Shown here: piece after piece, positions 63,214 through 64,000 of the stretch
How positions within the stretch are numbered: the stretch's first letter is position 1
Layout of the letters: every line of letters starts with the position of its first letter
NCBI GenBank assembly: GCA_963786185.1
Contig: CAWAYE010000004.1
Coordinates: 44,105 to 108,104 of the forward strand
Direction of reading: 5' to 3'
DNA length: 64,000 bases
Source: an uncultured Thermoleophilia bacterium
GTDB lineage: Bacteria > Actinomycetota > Thermoleophilia > Gaiellales > Gaiellaceae
Made by a program: the position numbers and the translations under genes
Notes under the pieces: model-generated
Told to the model about the DNA's origin: nothing
Seen by the model: only the letters and a program-made list of their open reading frames with translations
Database searches by the model: none

Positions 63214-64000
63214 GCCTGCTGACGGTCGACGACCTCTCGGTGCGCTTCGAGACCGACGACGGGTTTGTCCATGCGGTCGACCGCTTCTCGTTCTCGCTCG
63301 CGGAGCGCGAGGTGCTCGGGATCGTCGGCGAGTCCGGCTGCGGCAAGAGCGTCAGCTTCATGGCCTTGCTCCGCCTGCTGCCCGAGACCGCGGTCGTGAG
63401 CGGGCGGGCGGAGTTCGCGGGCGCAGACCTGCTGACGATGCCGGCTGCGAAGCTCCGCCGCGTCCGCGGCCGGCAGATCGCGTTCGTGTTCCAGGAGCCG
63501 ATGACGTCGCTCAACCCTGCGTTCAAGGTGGGGCGCCAGATCGGCGAGGTGCTGCGGCGCCACCTCGGCGTGACGCGAGCGGAGGCGGACCGCCGCACCG
63601 TCGAACTGCTCGACCTGGTCAGGATTCCCGCGCCCGACAGGCGCGCCCGCGAGTATCCCCACCAGCTGTCCGGCGGGATGCGGCAGCGGGTGATGATCGC
63701 GATGGCGCTTGCGTGCGACCCGAAGATCCTGATCGCGGACGAGCCGACCACTGCCCTCGACGTGACGATCCAGGCGGGCATCCTCGACCTGATGCGCGAC
63801 ATCCGCGAGCGCCTCGGCACCGCGATCGTCCTGATCACCCATAACCTCGGAGTCGTGGCCGACGTCGCCGACCGGGTGATCGTGATGTACGCGGGGCGGA
63901 AGGCCGAGGAAGCGCCGGTCCACGAGCTCTTCGCCAACCCCCAGCATCCGTACACGAACGGGCTGCTCGGCGCCGTCCCGCGGCCGGTGGTCGAGGGCGC
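63210..64000 (+). CDS. Peptide/nickel-type ABC ATP-binding protein (DppD/OppD-like), 3' end beyond the window
   Basis: ATG 63210 (ATGA overlap) starts MSLLTVDDLSVRF... It has Walker A GESGCGKS, LSGGMRQR and ILIADEPTTALD. It is absent from the track because it has no stop in the window. Confidence 0.9.
   Translation, partial: MSLLTVDDLSVRFETDDGFVHAVDRFSFSLAEREVLGIVGESGCGKSVSFMALLRLLPETAVVSGRAEFAGADLLTMPAAKLRRVRGRQIAFVFQEPMTSLNPAFKVGRQIGEVLRRHLGVTRAEADRRTVELLDLVRIPAPDRRAREYPHQLSGGMRQRVMIAMALACDPKILIADEPTTALDVTIQAGILDLMRDIRERLGTAIVLITHNLGVVADVADRVIVMYAGRKAEEAPVHELFANPQHPYTNGLLGAVPRPVVEG

Overview
The window is high-GC (about 70% by eye), gene-dense chromosomal DNA of actinobacterial type; the order tig-clpP-clpX, the many 4-nt ATGA/GTGA gene junctions and the very short divergent intergenic regions all fit that. 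I can support about 75 protein-coding genes and 6 tRNA genes: Gly-UCC, Pro-UGG, Arg-UCU, His-GUG, Arg-UCG and Leu-UAG. I saw no rRNA, no CRISPR array and no intact mobile element, only a short IS481-like remnant at 201-403. Most long Arg/Pro/Ala-rich ORFs in the track are antisense or out-of-frame shadows of real genes. Content falls into five groups. (1) Housekeeping: trxA, an ileS-like gene, ispH, tig, clpP, clpX. (2) Envelope and polysaccharide genes: a GH5-like enzyme, a GT-C transferase, a HEAT-repeat protein plus a processive GT2 synthase, lipoproteins, and CAP, PQQ-like and beta-propeller proteins. (3) A PHA-related block: an XRE regulator, a phasin-like gene, phaC and a hydrolase. (4) A 12-gene, mostly translationally coupled run encoding a Liv-type ABC importer, hydrolase, acyl-CoA synthetase, TetR, KAS III-like protein, MaoC, 3-hydroxybutyrate dehydrogenase-like SDR and malate synthase. 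(5) A Dpp/Opp-type peptide ABC operon. The strongest finding is a peroxiredoxin gene at 3617-4096 (minus) that the ORF track misses. It has an in-frame TGA exactly at the peroxidatic Cys position, followed by a bacterial SECIS-like hairpin, so it is probably a selenoprotein. It is the third gene of an operon led by an ECF sigma factor. Other notable points are an IleRS-like protein whose class I signature motifs look degenerate, a multi-GAF histidine kinase whose H-box His is Leu, a KAS III-like protein with Ser in place of the nucleophilic Cys, and symmetric operator/promoter architectures. Four genes are broken at short mononucleotide runs, by five indels in total, which looks more like assembly error than biology. 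All motif alignments were done by eye and need computational confirmation.
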